From IMG/VR virus record IMGVR_UViG_3300020042_009560, positions 1 through 39,776 of that record: a stretch of DNA of 39,776 bases; one strand, given 5' to 3'. Both the position numbers and the translations under genes were made by a program. The notes beneath the pieces were generated by a model. It was not told the origin of the DNA, did no database searches, and saw only the letters and a program-made list of their open reading frames with translations. Of the stretch, positions 18,445-29,100 are shown piece after piece. The stretch comes from a virus (Duplodnaviria > Caudoviricetes). Within the stretch, counting starts at the first letter, position 1; the number at the start of each line of letters is the position of its first letter.

Positions 18445-19440
18445 TTATTTAATTAATTTTTCCAATTCGTTGGCATCAAACATTTCATTAACGTCGGCAT
18501 AAGGACATTCATGTAATTGGCCATCAAAAGAATAATCAAATAAATAAGCATCAATCAACTTGGTATTTCCTTTAGGAGGCATTGCTTTAATATTTGTGTG
18601 CATATCGTATCCAAAGTTTTCTGGGGATGTTCCAATCCAAAATACTGTTGAAGGTAACTCTAAAGCAGCGGCAGCATGTTGTAAACAAGAATCAATTAAG
18701 AATCGTTTTTCTGAAGCAGCTACTAAACTGAATAACTCCATATTAGTCATTTGTTGATTTACTATCTCTACTCCTTCAAGTTGGTAGCTACCTTCTCTTG
18801 TCAATTGAATGATATGATAATCATTTTTAAACTTGTCTACAAGGTATAAAGCAAGATCAACAGGCATGTCTCTTGTCCAAGTATAGTTCAAGGGTTGACC
18901 TTGATACATTCCTCCATTGGTTTGAATCAACATGACTGGTTTTTGTCTTTGCCATAACCCAGATAACTGCTTTTGTACCATATTAAAATGAAGGTTTGGT
19001 AATTGTTTTTTATAATCAACCCCTAACAATTCAGCCCAGTTTTGTACTAAGTGTTTTTGTTTTAAAATATGACCTGTTTGGAAATAAGGTTCATGTCTGA
19101 ATACTAGAGTATCTTTACCTAAAATAAAGTCCTCATAAAAATAGGCAGTCATACCTACTCTATAAACCCTATGAACTTCGGGATGGTTTAAAAACACTTC
19201 CGGATAGGAAGCAACTACAACTATTTTTCTGGTCTTATATTGTTTAGCAAGAGCAGGTAAAAGAGCAGTTGCTGCTACATTCTTACCTAATCCGCCTTCA
19301 ATGTGCCAAACTAAAAACTTATTATCCATGTTATTATCTTTTTTCTGTGCTATTGAAACTAAGGTGGGTGACATTGTAATGTCAGGAACTACGATTGATT
19401 TAAATTCATCCTCACTCTGTACTTTGAATCCTACTTTCAT
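18445..19440 (-). CDS. GT-B glycosyltransferase, GT9 (heptosyltransferase)-like
   Basis: HIEGGLGKNVAATA, YPEVFLNHP, LIDSCLQHAAAALELPSTVFW. Confidence 0.65.
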   Translation of the reverse strand: MKVGFKVQSEDEFKSIVVPDITMSPTLVSIAQKKDNNMDNKFLVWHIEGGLGKNVAATALLPALAKQYKTRKIVVVASYPEVFLNHPEVHRVYRVGMTAYFYEDFILGKDTLVFRHEPYFQTGHILKQKHLVQNWAELLGVDYKKQLPNLHFNMVQKQLSGLWQRQKPVMLIQTNGGMYQGQPLNYTWTRDMPVDLALYLVDKFKNDYHIIQLTREGSYQLEGVEIVNQQMTNMELFSLVAASEKRFLIDSCLQHAAAALELPSTVFWIGTSPENFGYDMHTNIKAMPPKGNTKLIDAYLFDYSFDGQLHECPYADVNEMFDANELEKLIK

Positions 19441-20261
19441 TAGATCTTATAATCAAAATCGTTAAAAAACCAAGCGTAACTTTCCTCAATCAACTTACAA
19501 GCATTAGGACCTAATACCTCTTTAAAATCTTCTTTAAATGGTTTTAATTCCTGACGGATGATATGGTCTCCGAAAATACCGTACCACTTATCATCCTCGT
19601 GAGTAACTTGTTTGATGTTATTAAAATCGTGTTGGTAAAAAGGTATTTCTAAATACTCATAAATACGCTTTAATTGTTCATCAGGATCAGCACATAATTC
19701 TTCAAACTTAACAAACAAAATGTTTTTATGAAGACCTTGTACTAATACTTGATAGATCCTATCCATTGACGGACCGATAGGAGGATTTACAGACCATACA
19801 CTAACTCTTTTATCGGTTGTAGTACCTGTTAAATTACCCCAATTAGCAAGATGATGATCTTGTAATGGATTTTTTCTGAATTTTTTCTCTAAAGAAGCAT
19901 AAACCGATCTAATGTCCCTAATCATACAAATCATTTTTGGGTTTGGGTCAAAAGCGTTTACAAATTCCCATTCTGAGTTCCAACCCCTACACTTGTCAAT
20001 AACGTAAGGTTTGTCTGTAAGGTTTTCGTAAAACCCATAAAGACCTCCTTTTAGGTAAGATTTAAAACCTGTCATCATTTGGGATTCGTCTTGTGCTTTA
20101 AACTCTAAACTATCTGTAAAAATAGTTCTTGAGGCAGCTAACATCTCAAATAAACCTGAGGTAGGTGTAGTGTAAAGATCTGGATTTTGTCCTAGAATGT
20201 TTTGGATTAGAGTAGAACCAGCCCTAGGCATGGAACTATTATAGAAAACTTTTTTTATCAT
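19440..20261 (-). CDS. PAPS-dependent sulfotransferase
   Basis: 5'-PSB loop SSMPRAGSTL, IDKCRGW, 3'-PB motif IRDIRSVYAS, VKFEELCADP...IYEYL. Confidence 0.85.
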   Translation of the reverse strand: MIKKVFYNSSMPRAGSTLIQNILGQNPDLYTTPTSGLFEMLAASRTIFTDSLEFKAQDESQMMTGFKSYLKGGLYGFYENLTDKPYVIDKCRGWNSEWEFVNAFDPNPKMICMIRDIRSVYASLEKKFRKNPLQDHHLANWGNLTGTTTDKRVSVWSVNPPIGPSMDRIYQVLVQGLHKNILFVKFEELCADPDEQLKRIYEYLEIPFYQHDFNNIKQVTHEDDKWYGIFGDHIIRQELKPFKEDFKEVLGPNACKLIEESYAWFFNDFDYKI

Positions 20262-20290
20262 AAACTTTTACTTAAAATAACTTATTTATA

Positions 20291-20908
20291 TTAATACATA
20301 TATGAGTTTTTGAACAAAATGTCAAGTTGGAAAACTTGATTGTTAGGGAATCGTTGATAATCCATAAAATCTTCCATATAGAAGCCATATTCTTTCATTT
20401 TTGGCACGATGGCATCAATCATAGGAGCACCGTGGTTATATACAACTAGAGACGTTTCAATTAACACATATTTGGACCGGGTTATAGTCTTTCTACCACC
20501 CTCCAATATATCTAATTCAGCCCCTTGAACATCTAATTTTACCAAATCAATTACCTCGTATCCAAAATAAGAACGATTATCTAGAGTATCAAGTTCAACT
20601 TCAATTTTTTCAAATTTTCCGTCAGCATACCAATCTGTGTTTTCTCTGTATAAAGAGGCTCCTGTTCCTATAGAGTTTGCTTTTTCAACAAACAATTCTG
20701 CTTTACCCTGTTTATTAGATAAAGCAACCATATCATAACCGTATTTTAGTTTCTGAAGGTATGGCTCACAATTAGGATTTGCCTCCACCATTATTACATC
20801 ACAATCAGGGGCTAGCCTGGTAAGGTCTTTAGTAAAATCACCTGTATGGGCTCCAATATCAAGGAACCGTTTAGGATTGCTGTAGTTTATAAGTTTGATA
20901 TAATTCAT
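20291..20908 (-). CDS. FkbM-family methyltransferase
   Basis: FLDIGAHTG, VEANP, TLD, IDLVKLDVQGAELDILEG, QLDILF. Confidence 0.9.
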   Translation of the reverse strand: MNYIKLINYSNPKRFLDIGAHTGDFTKDLTRLAPDCDVIMVEANPNCEPYLQKLKYGYDMVALSNKQGKAELFVEKANSIGTGASLYRENTDWYADGKFEKIEVELDTLDNRSYFGYEVIDLVKLDVQGAELDILEGGRKTITRSKYVLIETSLVVYNHGAPMIDAIVPKMKEYGFYMEDFMDYQRFPNNQVFQLDILFKNSYMY

Positions 20909-21806
20909 CTAAGTATTTAGTCCACTCTGTTATTCTATAGTCCCAACTCCATCTTTTATTATAGATGTTTATTTGGTCTGTTAAATGATCTTGTAATTTA
21001 TTTTCCCTAATTAACTCGATTTCCTCACCTAATATTTTAGCAAAAGTTTCAGCATGTAATTCGGGATTAGGAAGATAAGAATACATCCTAGCCCATCCCT
21101 CAGTTGTTTCAGGTAAAGCACCTAAAGCAGATGTAATTACTCTTAAACCAGCTGATAAAGCCTCAATAACGGCTATACAAGAGGTTTCCTCAAAAGTATT
21201 AGGATATGCTAGGATATCAAACTCGGGTAATTCTTGTCTTAGTTTTTCATTTGCTATAGAACCTCTGTAAACTACCCCAGGTAATTCCTCACATTTGTCG
21301 TATAGGTAATTATATTGGGAATCTGATTCTCCGAATTCCTTGCCATATATTTTACAACTTGAAAACACATGTAGTTCGGCATTTTCTGGTTTTAGTATTT
21401 CCCATGCTTTTAATAATACTTCCAACCCACGCCATGGTGTTGACGTATAACACAGTCTAACTTTGTCTTTAACGCCATGTCTCCTTGGTTCCACACCAGT
21501 ACATGCATTTTTAAAGACATGCGTTTTATACCCCGGTATATTAAATAATTGTCTAAATTTTTCTGCTTGCCAATGACTTACAAACACAAATCTATCAATC
21601 TTATCAATCCATTCTGGTTCTTTAAGGAATTGGACTGCCCCTTGGTCATGAGATAATTGATTCCAGTAGACAGTAGGTTTTGAAAAATCGGCTTGAAAAA
21701 AGTAATTAAATATTGAAAATTCCTCTTGATAATTTAGAGGTAATCTTTTTATTAATTCATCATACATTAATTCTGTTCCACCTTTTGGCTTATCAAACGT
21801 ATCCAT
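20871..21806 (-). CDS. GT4-like glycosyltransferase
   Basis: PKGGTEL, FVSHWQ, YTSTPWRGL, YPNTFEETSCIAVIEALSAG (Ex7E motif). Confidence 0.85.
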   Translation of the reverse strand: MDTFDKPKGGTELMYDELIKRLPLNYQEEFSIFNYFFQADFSKPTVYWNQLSHDQGAVQFLKEPEWIDKIDRFVFVSHWQAEKFRQLFNIPGYKTHVFKNACTGVEPRRHGVKDKVRLCYTSTPWRGLEVLLKAWEILKPENAELHVFSSCKIYGKEFGESDSQYNYLYDKCEELPGVVYRGSIANEKLRQELPEFDILAYPNTFEETSCIAVIEALSAGLRVITSALGALPETTEGWARMYSYLPNPELHAETFAKILGEEIELIRENKLQDHLTDQINIYNKRWSWDYRITEWTKYLDELYQTYKLQQS

Positions 21807-22449
21807 TCTTTGCTATAAACTTTTTAAAATCACCTTTGAATTTTTTAATACCAATATGATTACAAGTAATTGTAGGATCTAACCATACTTTGTATCCTAA
21901 AGATTTCCATTTATTGCATAACACATAATCCTCTGAAATTAGGTCTCCGTTTTCTACCTTAATATCAAATACCATCCTGTGTTTTTCTCCCTCACTTGTA
22001 TATTCATCGCTTACCTCCCATAATTTATCAAAAGCAAACTTAGATACTTTCATAAAACCTGTTCCCACACCATCTACCTCTAATAATTTTTTATCCTCAG
22101 AGTGTTTAAGTTTTTTGTCTACAAGTTTTACTGTATAACCTTCTTTTTCAGTCTTTTTAATTAAAGCACCCCCCACAATTGGTTCGGGTCTGTCTAAAAG
22201 ATTAAAAAACCATTCTGGTTCCCATTCAGTATCTGAATCAATAAAGAATAGATCATCATATCCCCCATCAATAGCTAGTTTAATCAAGCTGTTTCTTGCT
22301 CTTTGAACTAAAGAGTCATAACTTGTGTAAATAGCATGTACAAAAATACCTTTTTCTTCAGCCATTTTTACGGTTTGAACTAAACTATTAGCAAACCAAA
22401 CATCAATTCGACCATCATATGATGGTGTTCCAATTAGAACTCTACGCAT
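21793..22449 (-). CDS. GT-A fold (GT2-like) glycosyltransferase
   Basis: VLIGTPSYDG, SLVQRARN, FFIDSD (DxD), GTGFMKV, SEDYVLC, WLDPTITCNHIG. Confidence 0.75.
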   Translation of the reverse strand: MRRVLIGTPSYDGRIDVWFANSLVQTVKMAEEKGIFVHAIYTSYDSLVQRARNSLIKLAIDGGYDDLFFIDSDTEWEPEWFFNLLDRPEPIVGGALIKKTEKEGYTVKLVDKKLKHSEDKKLLEVDGVGTGFMKVSKFAFDKLWEVSDEYTSEGEKHRMVFDIKVENGDLISEDYVLCNKWKSLGYKVWLDPTITCNHIGIKKFKGDFKKFIAKNGYV

Positions 22450-22460
22450 AATATTAATAT

Positions 22461-22469
22461 AATAAATAT
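22461..22469 (-). promoter_or_regulatory. Putative late promoter variant ATATTTATT heading the glycosylation cassette
   Basis: 11 nt upstream of ATG 22449. Confidence 0.5.
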
Positions 22470-22491
22470 TTTTTAAAAAACCAAATTATTT

Positions 22492-23184
22492 TTAAGATAC
22501 TGTTATGTTATATAAAATACCTGAGGAGTTTGTTAATCCAGCACTGGCACCTGCTGATTGCCATGTAAAAGTACCACCACCCGAACCAACGTTAATACAA
22601 TTAATTCCATTAACTGAAAAAGCAATATTAGATATAGTATTACCGGGGATTGTACTTACAACAATTTCCCAATAAACATTTTCCACTACAGGAGAATTTG
22701 TAATACTTCCTGGGATTGATGAAGGACCTCCTGATGATGGTGCTGGGGCATTTATTGAAAAATTATTATGGACATTATATGTCATACTATAATCTTTACA
22801 AACCACTTGAACGTTTACATCATTGTTTACTGGGGGATTTGGTGGTACTGGGGGAGGATTGGTTAATGGGTTGCTCCAAGAATACTTAATATCAAAAACA
22901 GTTCCATCAAAATAATAATACTTGTTAGTATAGTTACCAAAGTTAATTGGATCTACATCTTTAATAAGAGCTCCACCAACATTATATATAACATCTCCAC
23001 CAACAGGAGTACCACCACCACTTCCATCATTACCCCAACCATTATAAGCATTAGTATTAGAACCTAAAGGACCTTGAGCCCATGAATCATAAGTTATATC
23101 ACTAAAACTTTCTTGGGATGACCAACCAGGATTTGGTTCCTGCCATAAATCATCTAAACTTATTGGTCCACCGGGAGTTGGCAT
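22492..23184 (-). CDS. Putative fibre-associated / tip structural protein (230 aa)
   Basis: N-terminal PGGPISLDDL resembles fibre-tip adhesin attachment segments; Pro-rich linker PPPVPPNPP; starts 2 nt after the collagen-like gene stop. Confidence 0.55.
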   Translation of the reverse strand: MPTPGGPISLDDLWQEPNPGWSSQESFSDITYDSWAQGPLGSNTNAYNGWGNDGSGGGTPVGGDVIYNVGGALIKDVDPINFGNYTNKYYYFDGTVFDIKYSWSNPLTNPPPVPPNPPVNNDVNVQVVCKDYSMTYNVHNNFSINAPAPSSGGPSSIPGSITNSPVVENVYWEIVVSTIPGNTISNIAFSVNGINCINVGSGGGTFTWQSAGASAGLTNSSGILYNITVS

Positions 23185-23186
23185 AT

Positions 23187-26100
23187 TTATTTATATTTAA
23201 GTTGTTGTTCTAGTTTTTCTACTTTAGCGGCTAATTCTTTAATAGCCTCAATCAATAATCCATTCATGTTACCATAAGTTACTGCTTTAATTCCTGTTTC
23301 AGGATTAGTATGTACGGCTTCTGGTAATACTTTTTCTACTTGTTGGGCTATAACTCCCGTATGTCTATGTTTGTTATCTTCTCCACCATCAATTCTTATA
23401 TAAGTAACACCATCAATTTGTTTTATTTTATCAATTGGATTTTGGATTATTTGGATATCTGTTTTAACTCTTTGATCAGAAAAAGCAGCTATATCATCTG
23501 TAGCATAAATTGAAATACCTCCAAATGAACCGGATACATGTAAAGGATAAAGAGGGTTTGTTGTACCAATACCTATTTTAGATCCTGATTCAAATATGGG
23601 TGTTACTGTGTTTCCTATAGTTGTAGCTGAAGTAAATTTAGTAATATAATTAGCTGTACCTGATACTGATACTGAAGTACCCGATGTTCCCGAGGTACCT
23701 GTAATTCCTGAAGTACCGCTAGTACCGTTTATACCACTAGTTCCTGAGGTACCATTAATACCTGAAGTACCAGTAGTTCCTGAAGTACCCGAGGTTCCTG
23801 ATGTGCCTCTTGTGCCTGACGTACCACTTGTACCTGTTGTGCCTGAGGTACCACTTGTTCCATTTATACCGCTTGTTCCACTAGTACCGGTTGTACCTGA
23901 AGTACCACTTGTTCCGTTTATGCCACTAGTTCCTGAAGTACCTGTTGTGCCACTTGTTCCACTAGTACCTGTTGTACCCGAAGTGCCTGAGGTACCGTTT
24001 ATACCTGATGTACCTGATGTACCATTTATGCCTGAGGTACCACTAGTTCCTGAAGTTCCGTTTATACCGCTTGTACCACTAGTTCCTGTAGTGCCGCTTG
24101 TACCCGATGTTCCATTTATACCGGATGTACCAGAAGTGCCTGTTGTACCACTAGTCCCGCTAGTACCACTTGTACCATTTATTCCTGAAGTACCTGAAGT
24201 TCCTGAGGTGCCTGATGTTCCGTTTATTCCGCTTGTACCGCTTGTTCCTGTAGTACCACTTGTTCCACTAGTTCCATTTATACCTGAAGTTCCGCTTGTT
24301 CCCGTTGTACCTGAGGTGCCTGAAGTTCCAGTAGTTCCTGAAGTACCTGTTGTACCACTTGTACCTGAAGTACCGTTTATACCTGAGGTTCCTGAAGTTC
24401 CCGTAGTTCCGCTTGTACCTGAAGTACCTGAGGTTCCTGAGGTTCCTGAGGTACCATTTATACCTGAGGTTCCGCTAGTACCTGTAGTACCAGAGGTTCC
24501 TGTAGTACCTGAGGTTCCTGATGTGCCTGAAGTTCCAGTTGTACCTGATGTACCACTAGTACCTGTTGTACCCGAAGTACCAGAGGTGCCTGTTGTACCA
24601 CTTGTTCCACTAGTTCCTGTTGTACCTGAAGTACCTGATGTTCCAGTAGTTCCGCTTGTACCACTTGTCCCACTAGTTCCGTTTATACCGCTTGTACCGG
24701 AAGTGCCACTAGTTCCTGAAGTACCTGATGTTCCTGTTGTACCCGAGGTTCCAGTTGTTCCACTAGTACCAGTTGTTCCTGAAGTTCCGCTTGTTCCTGT
24801 TGTACCACTTGTTCCAGTTGTTCCTGAGGTACCACTAGTACCTGAAGTGCCATTTATACCAGAGGTACCTGATGTTCCAGTTGTACCACTTGTACCTGAG
24901 GTACCTGATGTTCCGTTTATACCTGAGGTTCCGCTAGTACCTGTTGTACCAGAAGTTCCTGTTGTCCCAGAGGTACCTGTTGTACCACTTGTGCCTGTAG
25001 TACCCGAAGTACCAGAGGTTCCTGTTGTACCGCTAGTGCCTGAAGTACCTGAAGTACCGTTTATACCACTTGTACCACTTGTTCCAGTAGTTCCACTTGT
25101 ACCTGTTGTTCCAGATGTTCCTGTTGTTCCTGAAGTTCCTGTAGTACCCGAAGTGCCTGATGTACCTGTTGTACCTGAGGTACCGCTTGTACCTGAAGTT
25201 CCATTTATACCGCTAGTACCACTTGTTCCAGTAGTACCAGAAGTTCCGCTAGTACCTGTAGTACCGCTTGTTCCGCTTGTTCCAGTAGTACCGCTAGTAC
25301 CACTTGTTCCACTTGTTCCGTTTATACCTGAGGTACCAGAAGTGCCTGTTGTACCTGAGGTTCCTGTAGTACCTGAGGTTCCTGATGTGCCACTAGTTCC
25401 ATTTATACCGCTTGTTCCACTAGTACCTGTTGTACCAGAAGTTCCGCTTGTTCCTGTTGTACCTGATGTTCCTGATGTTCCAGTGGTTCCTGAGGTGCCT
25501 GAAGTACCAGTAGTACCACTAGTACCACTTGTTCCTGATGTTCCGTTTATTCCGCTTGTACCTGAAGTTCCAGTTGTTCCTGAGGTACCGCTTGTTCCTG
25601 TTGTACCAGAAGTTCCTGAAGTACCTGTTGTTCCACTAGTACCACTAGTACCAGTAGTTCCACTTGTGCCTGAGGTACCTGTAGTACCGCTTGTTCCGCT
25701 TGTTCCGTTTATTCCTGAAGTACCTGAGGTTCCAGTAGTACCGCTTGTTCCACTAGTTCCGTTTATACCGCTTGTTCCTGAGGTTCCTGTTGTACCCGAG
25801 GTACCACTTGTACCAGTTGTTCCTGATGTTCCAGTAGTACCTGAAGTTCCGCTTGTACCAGAAGTTCCATTTATACCTGAAGTACCTGAAGTGCCTGTAG
25901 TACCTGAAGTACCACTAGTACCGCTTGTACCATTTACACCACTTGTTCCACTTGTTCCAGTAGTACCTGAGGTTCCTGAGGTTCCGTTTATACCACTAGT
26001 TCCTGAGGTTCCAGTAGTACCACTTGTTCCGCTTGTACCTGAAGTACCGTTTACTCCACTTGTACCACTAGTACCTGTTGTACCCGAGGTACCTGACGTA

Positions 26101-29100
26101 CCATTAATTCCACTTGTACCTGAAGTTCCTGTTGTTCCTGAAGTACCCGAGGTGCCTGTTGTACCACTAGTACCAGTAGTTCCACTTGTACCCGAGGTAC
26201 CTGTAGTTCCTGAAGTACCACTAGTTCCGCTAGTACCTGCTACTCCTGAAACACCGCTTGTACCTGATGTACCTGAAGTTCCTGATGTACCTGTTGTACC
26301 AGAAGTGCCTGATGTTCCACTTGTTCCGTTTATACCAGAAGTACCTGAAGTTCCTGTTGTACCTGATGTTCCGCTAGTTCCTGTTGTACCACTTGTTCCT
26401 GTAGTACCACTTGTACCCGAGGTTCCGCTAGTACCTGAAGTACCATTTATGCCTGAAGTACCACTTGTTCCGTTTACTCCTGAAGTACCTGATGTTCCTG
26501 AAGAACCTGCAGGACCTGGAGCACCAGCTAAGTTAATAGACCAAGATGTATAAGTGCCTGAACCTGTAGTTGTTGTTACAGATAAAACAAAGACACCTGT
26601 TAATGGATTATATGAGGTAATTGATGCTTCAAACCTGTTACTTAAGTCATATGCAACAATTACTGTTTGGCCCGTGGTGTATGCAAGACCAGTTCCCCCT
26701 GTCATAGTGACAGTACCAGACGCGGGTAATGTAACACTAGTAGACGATGTAGTAGCGTATCTATCACCATTTAATCCTGAAGTACCTGCTGTACCACTTG
26801 TACCTGAAGTACCTGTAGTTCCGCTTGTTCCTGTGGTTCCTGATGTTCCTGAAGTTCCTGTTGTACCTGAGGTTCCGCTTGTTCCTGAAGTACCGTTAAT
26901 ACCACTAGTTCCTGAAGTTCCAGTAGTACCACTAGTACCTGTAGTACCGCTTGTACCCGAGGTGCCTGTTGTACCACTTGTTCCGCTTGTACCTGATGTT
27001 CCATTAATTCCACTAGTACCAGAAGTACCTGTAGTACCGCTTGTTCCACTAGTTCCGTTTATACCTGAAGTACCACTTGTTCCAGTTGTACCGCTAGTTC
27101 CACTAGTACCTGTTGTACCAGAAGTACCAGTTGTACCCGAGGTACCTGAAGTACCGTTTACTCCACTTGTTCCTGAGGTACCAGTTGTACCAGAGGTTCC
27201 TGTAGTACCTGATGTTCCGTTTATTCCTGAAGTACCTGAAGTTCCGCTAGTACCTGAAGTACCAGTTGTTCCTGAGGTTCCACTAGTACCTGTTGTACCT
27301 GAGGTTCCTGTTGTTCCGGATGTACCTGAGGTTCCATTAACACCACTTGTACCGCTTGTTCCCGTAGTACCTGAAGTACCACTTGTTCCTGAAGTTCCAT
27401 TAACTCCTGAGGTACCGGAAGTACCTGTTGTTCCACTAGTTCCGGAAGTTCCAGTTGTTCCTGAAGTTCCGCTAGTTCCGTTTATACCACTAGTACCAGA
27501 AGTACCTGTAGTTCCTGAAGTACCAGAGGTACCGCTTGTTCCGTTTATACCTGAAGTACCGCTTGTTCCTGTTGTACCCGAAGTGCCTGATGTACCATCA
27601 ATACCACTAGTACCTGAAGTACCAGTTGTTCCACTAGTACCCGTTGTTCCACTAGTTCCGCTTGTACCCGAAGTGCCTGATGTTCCAGTAGTACCTGAGG
27701 TACCACTTGTTCCTGAGGTTCCGTTTACTCCACTTGTACCTGATGTACCTGTTGTTCCTGAGGTTCCACTAGTACCTGATGTACCATCAACTCCTGAAGT
27801 ACCTGAAGTACCGCTTGTTCCTGTTGTACCAGAAGTACCTGTCGTACCTGAAGTGCCACTTGTTCCAGTAGTTCCTGAAGTACCTGATGTTCCGCTTGTT
27901 CCGTTTACACCACTAGTTCCGCTTGTACCAGTTGTTCCACTAGTACCACTAGTTCCAGTTGTACCCGATGTACCTGAGGTACCATTAATACCTGAGGTTC
28001 CAGAAGTTCCTGTTGTTCCGCTTGTTCCGCTAGTTCCATTTACTCCTGAAGTACCTGATGTTCCAGTAGTTCCACTTGTACCAGTAGTTCCGCTTGTTCC
28101 TGAAGTACCTGTTGTTCCGCTTGTTCCGCTTGTACCTGAGGTACCGTTTATACCTGAAGTACCGCTAGTACCAGTTGTACCGCTTGTACCTGATGTACCT
28201 GTAGTACCACTTGTGCCTGTTGTTCCTGAAGTACCTGATGTTCCCGTTGTACCTGAAGTTCCATTAACTCCTGAGGTACCACTTGTACCATTTACACCTG
28301 AAGTTCCACTTGTACCAGAAGAACCTGCAGGACCTGGAGCACCTGCTAAGTTAATAGCCCAAGAACTGTAAGTACCAGAGCCATTACTGCTTGTGATTGT
28401 TAAACTAAAAGAACCAGTAAGTGGATTATATGAGTTTATTGTTGCTTCAAAATAATTACTAGAATCATAAGCAACTATTACAGTTTGTCCTGTAGTATAT
28501 GCTAATCCAGTTCCTCCTATCATAGTAATAGTACCGGATACTGGTAAAGTAATGCTAGTACCTGAAGTAGTTGAATATCTATCTCCGTTTAAACCTGATG
28601 TACCACTAGTACCTGAAGTACCGCTTGTTCCTGTTGTACCGGAAGTACCTGTTGTTCCTGAAGTTCCAGAAGTGCCTGTTGTACCCGAGGTACCGCTTGT
28701 TCCTGAAGTTCCGTTTATGCCTGAGGTTCCAGAAGTACCTGTTGTTCCTGAGGTACCTGAGGTTCCACTAGTACCTGATGCACCCGTTACTCCTGAGGTA
28801 CCTGATGTACCTGAAGTACCTGTTGTACCACTTGTACCTGATGTTCCAGTTGTACCCGAAGTTCCGTTTATACCGCTTGTTCCGCTAGTACCAGTTGTTC
28901 CACTAGTACCACTTGTTCCTGAAGCTCCAGTTATACCTGATGTACCTGATGTACCTGAGGTTCCACTTGTACCTGTAGTACCGCTTGTGCCTGTTGTACC
29001 CGAGGTTCCACTAGTACCAGAAGCTCCCGTTACACCTGAAGTTCCACTAGTGCCTGAAGTACCGCTTGTTCCAGTAGTTCCGCTTGTACCACTTGTACCG

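Noticed and set aside
13800-22449. Cassette as a DNA hypermodification or host LPS-conversion locus
   Set aside because: No nucleotide-modifying partners, flippase, polymerase or membrane proteins recognised; location and promoter motif tie it to structural genes. Disfavoured rather than disproved
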